Assembly (NCBI GenBank): GCA_963724285.1
Contig: CAVRUD010000018.1
Location: 37,173 to 101,172 of the forward strand
Length of the DNA: 64,000 nt
Source: an uncultured Chloroflexia bacterium
GTDB lineage: Bacteria; Chloroflexota; Chloroflexia; Thermomicrobiales; UBA6265
Direction of reading: 5' to 3'
A program made the position numbers and the translations under genes. The notes beneath the pieces were generated by a model that was given only the letters and a program-made list of their open reading frames with translations, was not told the origin of the DNA and did not search any database. Shown here piece after piece: positions 59,509-64,000 of this stretch; the stretch's first letter is position 1, and each line of letters begins with the position of its first letter.

Positions 59509-60428
59509 GCCAGGGCCTCCATGCGGGGTTCGGGGCGAGGATCAGTCAGGAGCACGGGAGCGGCGACCGCGGGGCGGCCGAGATAGCCGAGGACGATCTC
59601 CTCAAGGTCGACGTCATTGACCTGCCAGGAGGCGTCGAAGAGATGACCGTTGGCACGCACGAGGAGGGAGGTCTGACGCTCGGTGTCGTGGGCGTGGACG
59701 ACGTTGTGAACCCGTTCGACCGCGGCGGGGTCACTGCGCGGCCCGGTGAGCAGCTTGTGTGAGGCGACGATGCGGTCGATCCCACCTGCGATCTGCACCA
59801 TGCCGCCGGAGAGGATCAGGAGGTAGTCGCAGACGCGTTCGAGGTCGGCCAGGATGTGGGAGGAGAGGAGGATGGAGAGGCCGTCCTCGGCGGCGGCATC
59901 CATCAGAGTCTGGAGGAACTCGCGGCGGGCGAGGGGATCGAGCGAGGCGAGGGGCTCGTCGAGCACGACCAGCTCCGGCCGCTTGGCGAGAGCGAGGACC
60001 AGGGCGACCTGAGCCTGCTGGCCGCCGGAGAGCTTGCCGGTCGGTTTGTCGAGCGGGATGTTCAGCCGGGTCAGGCGCCGCCGGGCGAGGTCGTCGTCCC
60101 AGCGGACGTTGAGCTTGCGGCCCATCGTCAGCATGTCGGCGACGCTGAAGCGGCGGTAGAGGGGGTGATCCTGGGCGACGTAGCCGATCCTCGCCAGCGA
60201 GGCGGGTGTGCCGGGGCGAGGCGCATCGCCGAAGACGCGGATGGTGCCGGCGGTGGGGGCGGTGAGGCCGACGGCGAGTTGGATCAGGGTCGTCTTGCCG
60301 GCGCCGTTGGGACCGACGAGGGCGGCAATCGAGCCGGCTGGGAGACGGAGGGTGCAGTCGCGCAGGGCCCATTGTTTGCCGTAGCGCTTCCCGAGGCCGG
60401 TCATCTGGATAGAGGGTGTTGCGGTCAT
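59505..60428 (-). CDS. ABC transporter ATP-binding protein
   Basis: It has Walker A (GPNGAGKTT), the signature LSGGQQ and Walker B (LVVLDEP). It has a 4-nt overlap with the upstream GntR gene. Confidence 0.9.
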   Translation of the reverse strand: MTATPSIQMTGLGKRYGKQWALRDCTLRLPAGSIAALVGPNGAGKTTLIQLAVGLTAPTAGTIRVFGDAPRPGTPASLARIGYVAQDHPLYRRFSVADMLTMGRKLNVRWDDDLARRRLTRLNIPLDKPTGKLSGGQQAQVALVLALAKRPELVVLDEPLASLDPLARREFLQTLMDAAAEDGLSILLSSHILADLERVCDYLLILSGGMVQIAGGIDRIVASHKLLTGPRSDPAAVERVHNVVHAHDTERQTSLLVRANGHLFDASWQVNDVDLEEIVLGYLGRPAVAAPVLLTDPRPEPRMEALA

Positions 60429-60823
60429 GCGACGTTCTCCTGAGGTGATTCACGGAGGGTGGCGGTGACCAGGGCGAGGACGCTCTCGTCGTCGAGGCCG
60501 GCGGCGGCGGCGCGCTGCAGCCAGCGGCGGAGATCGATGCGGAGGGAGGCGAGGTCGCCGGCCGAGGGACCGGGCAGCCCCTGCAGGACGAACGTTCCGA
60601 GGCCAGGGCGGCCGCCGACGAGACCTTCGAGCTCGAGCTCGCGGTAGGCCTTGGCGACGGTGTTGGGGTTGATGGCCAGGCCGGCGACGACGTCGCGCAC
60701 GGTTGGGAGCTGGTCGCCGGGACGCAAGATGCCGACACGAAGAGCGTGCTTCACCTGCTGCACGAGCTGGAGGTAGGGCGGGACACCGGAGCGGCTGTCG
60801 AGGTGGAATTCGATCATGGGCAC
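60425..60823 (-). CDS. GntR-family transcriptional regulator (YtrA subfamily)
   Basis: The short (132 aa) protein has the winged-helix N-terminus PYLQLVQQVKHALRVGILRPGDQLPTVRDVVAGLAINPNTVAKAYRELELEGLV. It is the first gene of a GntR-ATPase-permease operon. Confidence 0.85.
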   Translation of the reverse strand: MPMIEFHLDSRSGVPPYLQLVQQVKHALRVGILRPGDQLPTVRDVVAGLAINPNTVAKAYRELELEGLVGGRPGLGTFVLQGLPGPSAGDLASLRIDLRRWLQRAAAAGLDDESVLALVTATLRESPQENVA

Positions 60824-60832
60824 TCCCGAGGG

Positions 60833-60863
60833 TTGACTTAATTCACTATTACACTAGTACAAT
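60833..60863. promoter_or_regulatory. AT-rich promoter/operator region between the ytrA-like operon and the acylase gene
   Basis: The sequence is ttgacttaattcactattacactagtacaat. It has an imperfect palindrome ATTACACTAGTACAAT (60848..60863) centred on ACTAGT, with TTGACT and TACAAT hexamers on the + strand (19-nt spacing, so not ideal). Confidence 0.35.
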
Positions 60864-60922
60864 GATAGAGGCGGGCGGTCGCGCTGTCCAGCACTGGTGG
60901 TGTCAAGGCTGATCCGTGTGGT

Positions 60923-61024
60923 GCTGTAGGGGCGATGCATGCATCGCCCTCTTCCCAAGGCGGCGTTTCGATCCTCGCATCCGGGCGGCCGGCACCCGGG
61001 CGAGGCATGCCTCGCCCCTACGGG
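60923..61024. repeat. Family D element (inverted pair of CTGTAGGGGCG...CGCCC hairpins)
   Basis: The pair is gctgtaggggcgatgcatgcatcgccc and gggcgaggcatgcctcgcccctacggg. Confidence 0.65.
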
Positions 61025-61169
61025 TGCGCACCCCGGCACCTCAGCCGTGACAGTCCACTAGGACAGGACACGGTCTCGACACCACACATTCGCGACAGTC
61101 CCGCGATCAGGCCGCGATCCGCGCCGTCTACGTTGGCTCACGGCACTGCTTGCTTGAAAGGAATCCCTG

Positions 61170-63378
61170 ATGGTCCCACCTCGATTTCTGACCTCATCCA
61201 CTCACACGCACGCCCTGACCCGCCGCACCCTGCTACGCCGCCTTGCCGGCGGTGGAATCGCCACCCTCGGCGTCGGCACCGCCGTCGGCCCGGCGCCCGC
61301 GAGCGCCGAGCCCGCCACGCCCGCGGCGCCGGCGGAGACGCCTGCCGCCGCCGCTGAGGTGCTGTGGGACACCTGGGGTATCCCGCACATCTTTGCCGCC
61401 GATGCCCCCGGGCTCTTCTTCGGCTTCGGTTGGGCGCAGGCGCACGCCCACGGCGACCTGCTACTGCGCCTCTACGCCGAGGCGCGCGGACGGAGCGCCG
61501 AATCCTTCGGCCCCGACTCCCTCGCCATCGACCGTATCGTGCGGACGATGGGCCTCCACCGTCGGGGCGCGGCGTGGTATGACACCCAGCCGCCGGCCTT
61601 CCGCGCCAACATCGACGCCTTCGCCGCCGGGATCAACGCCTACGCCGCCAAACACCCCGAGCGGCTGGCGCCGATGGGCGCGGCGGTGCTGCCGGTCACC
61701 GGCGCCGACGTATTGGCCCACGTGGCGCGGATATTTTTCCAGTTCATCGGCGGCGAGAGCGAGGTCCTCGACGTCTTGCTGGGCAACTCGGAGCGCGGCT
61801 CCAACGCCTGGGCGGTCGCGCCGTCGCGCACGGCGGGCGGTCACGCGCTGCTGCTGGCCAACCCCCACCTCCCGTGGAGCGGGGAGCACACCTGGTTCGA
61901 GGCGCAGCTCTCGGCGCCCGGGGTCTTCGATGCCTACGGGGCGACGCTCGTCGGCATCCCTGTCCTGGCGATCGCCTTCAACGACTACCTGGGCTGGACC
62001 CATACGGTCAACACCCTCGATGGCGCCGACCTCTACCGCCTGTCCCCCGACGGCGACGGCTACCGCTTCGACGGCGCCACCCGCGCTTTCGATATCCGCA
62101 CCGAGACGATCCGGGTCCGACAGGAGGACGGAACCCTGGACGAGGAGACGCTAGAGGTGCGCCGCTCGGTCCACGGCCCGGTCGTGGACATGGAGCGCGA
62201 ACTCCTCGCGATCCGGATCGCCGCCGTCGACGACTGGTCGTCGGCCGCCGGGGCGCTGGAGCAATGGTGGGAGATGGGCAGAGCGACGAACCTGGCGGAA
62301 TTCGAGGCCGCGCTCCGGCGATTGCAGGTCCCGATCTTCACCGTGATCTACGCCGACCGCGACGGCCACGTCCTCAGCCTGTTCAACGGCCAGGTGCCGG
62401 TCCGGCCCGCCGGGGTGGAGGATTGGTCGAGGATCCGGTGCCGGGCGACACCTCGGCCACGCTCTGGACGGAGATCCACCCGTACGAGGACCTGCCGCGG
62501 GTGGTCGATCCGCCCGGCGGCTGGGTGCAGAACTGCAACAGCGCTCCCTGGTACACCACCTACCCGCTCCAGCTCGACCCGGACTCCTACCCATCCGACA
62601 TGGCGTCGCGTGAGCTCTCCTGGCGGGAGATGCGGAGCATCCGCATGCTCGAAGAGCACCCGGCGATGTCGCTGGAGCAGATGGTCGAGCTCAAGCACTC
62701 GTCCCGGTTCGAGCTGGCCGACCGCGTCCTCGACGACCTGATCGCCGCCGCGGCTGACTCCGGCGACGAGACGGCCGGGCGCGCCGCCGAAGTCCTCGCC
62801 GCCTGGGACCGCGAAGCCAACCCGGACAGCACCGGCGTCCTCCTCTTCGCCTTCTGGACGTTCGGGGTCGGCGTCGAGCGGTCCCCAGACCTCTTCGCGA
62901 CGCCGCCCGACCCGGCCGCGCCGCTGACGACGCCCGCCGGACTGGCCGACCCCGTGGCGGCGGTCCGCGCGTTGATCGACGCGGCGAACGAGGTCGATGC
63001 CTCGTTCGGCCGGCTCGACGTGCCCTGGGGCGAAGTGGCCCGGCTGCAAGGTGGCCCCATCGACGAGCCGGCGAATGGTTTCCTGGGGAATCCATTCGGC
63101 GTTTTCCGCGTGCTCCAGGTCGACTTCGGCCGATGCTCGACGCCGGCGAGCCGCTGCCCGTCGACGGCGGTGATTCGTACATCGCGGCCGTCGAGTTCGC
63201 CGACCCGGTGCGGGCGCAGGCGCTCGTGTCCTACGGCAACGCCAGCCAGCCGGACTCGCCGCACGCCGGCGACCAACTGGCGCTGGCGGCAAAGGGCGAG
63301 CTGCGGCCGGTGTGGCGGACGCGCGACGAGATCACGGCCCACCTGGAGGCGCGCGAGGTGATCGGGACCTACGTATAG
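61170..63378 (+). pseudogene. Penicillin-acylase-family Ntn hydrolase (AHL-acylase-like) with Tat signal, two frame disruptions
   Basis: It has the Tat signal TRRTLLRRLAGGG, WDTWGIPHI and the beta-chain nucleophile context GSNAWAV. The frame changes near 62415..62435 and near 63125..63133. The C-terminus SYGNASQPDSPHAGDQ...EITAHLEAREVI ends at the TAG at 63376. Confidence 0.8.
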
Positions 63379-63436
63379 GCGGGAAGGCAGGAAGGCGGGA
63401 GGAGCTTCTTCGTCCTTCCCGCCTACCCGCCTCTCG

Positions 63437-64000
63437 TCAACGTACCGGCCAGTTGATCTCCCAGCGCTGCGTCTCCGGCCCGTCGACATCGGTGTGATAG
63501 ATCTCGCGCGGGGCGCCCGCCAGTTCGTGACCCTGTTGCTTGGCCCAGACGGCGACCGCGTCGAAGGCGGCCATGATCTCCGGCGTCTGCGTCTGCGGGC
63601 CCTCGACCACCGTGTAGGCCACCGGGCAGGCGGGTAACTCGTGTCCCGCCACCGTGGCCTCCACCGGCACGCAGACCTCGACCGGTCCGTCGGTGTCTTC
63701 GTTGAGGGGACCGTGGAACATGGTGAACGGCGGGCCGACCGGTTCATGCTCGGCGGCCAGACCCTTGATCGAATCGGAGATGTACCCCGCCAGTTCGCCC
63801 AGTGAGACGGTCGCGCTCCGGCTCACGAACGTCAGAGCCGGAACCTCTTTCATCTTGACCTCGAAAACCGTGTCCGATGTACACGTGCTTTGCGCCATCT
63901 TGACCTCCGCGGGCGGAAAGAGCCGGTACAGATACTGGAGCACCCGTTCCCGCGCGGCCTGCTTCCGCGCCAGTGATCGCTCGTGCGCCAGCAGAGCTTC
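63437..64000 (-). CDS. MerR-family regulator with a GyrI-like effector-binding domain (5' end beyond the right edge)
   Basis: The C-terminal GyrI-like domain reads VKMKEVPALTFVS...FTMFHGPLNED...EIYHTDV...WEINWPV. The same frame continues upstream through the coiled-coil linker EALLAHERSLARKQAARERV to the window edge. Confidence 0.6.
   Translation of the reverse strand, partial: EALLAHERSLARKQAARERVLQYLYRLFPPAEVKMAQSTCTSDTVFEVKMKEVPALTFVSRSATVSLGELAGYISDSIKGLAAEHEPVGPPFTMFHGPLNEDTDGPVEVCVPVEATVAGHELPACPVAYTVVEGPQTQTPEIMAAFDAVAVWAKQQGHELAGAPREIYHTDVDGPETQRWEINWPVR

Overview
This is a GC-rich bacterial chromosomal segment, roughly two-thirds G+C by eye (not computed). The Tat-signal style and the palindromic repeat families suggest a Chloroflexota/Thermomicrobia-like organism, but this is a low-confidence inference. 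From left to right the window contains the following. (1) The 5' end of an IS110-family transposase at the left edge. (2) Secreted proteins, including a Tat-signal double cystine-knot-like protein. (3) A vapBC pair and an enolase-superfamily enzyme. (4) Four intact large ATPase-LuxR regulators (LAL / MalT / STAND-like) plus two remnants between 5.8 and 30.1 kb, interleaved with oxidoreductases, a GNAT, a CCA-adding enzyme and a PQQ-like propeller. (5) A patch of decayed small genes at 31.6-32.4 kb. (6) A roughly 8 kb type I restriction-modification island at 32.6-40.4 kb, partly lower in GC. Its reverse-strand gene order is hsdM, hsdS, two unknown small ORFs, vapBC, hsdR, DUF45. The island is riddled with frameshifts, carries an 80-nt poly(T) run inside hsdR, and is bracketed by direct repeats of the ilvD upstream region. 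(7) ilvD, a PPOX-like gene, and an HD-domain phosphohydrolase interrupted in frame by a nested palindromic element. (8) hemY, a TIGR02587/TIGR02588-like pair, a peptide-type ABC importer, an S9 peptidase, a nitrilase-family gene and an LLM oxidoreductase. (9) A YtrA-type GntR/ABC operon, a penicillin-acylase-family gene and a partial MerR/GyrI-like regulator. Intergenic DNA is filled by at least four families of composite palindromic (MITE/REP-like) repeats. I saw no rRNA, tRNA or CRISPR. About 15 otherwise well-conserved genes outside the island carry single-base frame disruptions, and I cannot tell from sequence alone whether these are real or assembly indels. All similarity statements come from reading the translations, since no database search was possible.
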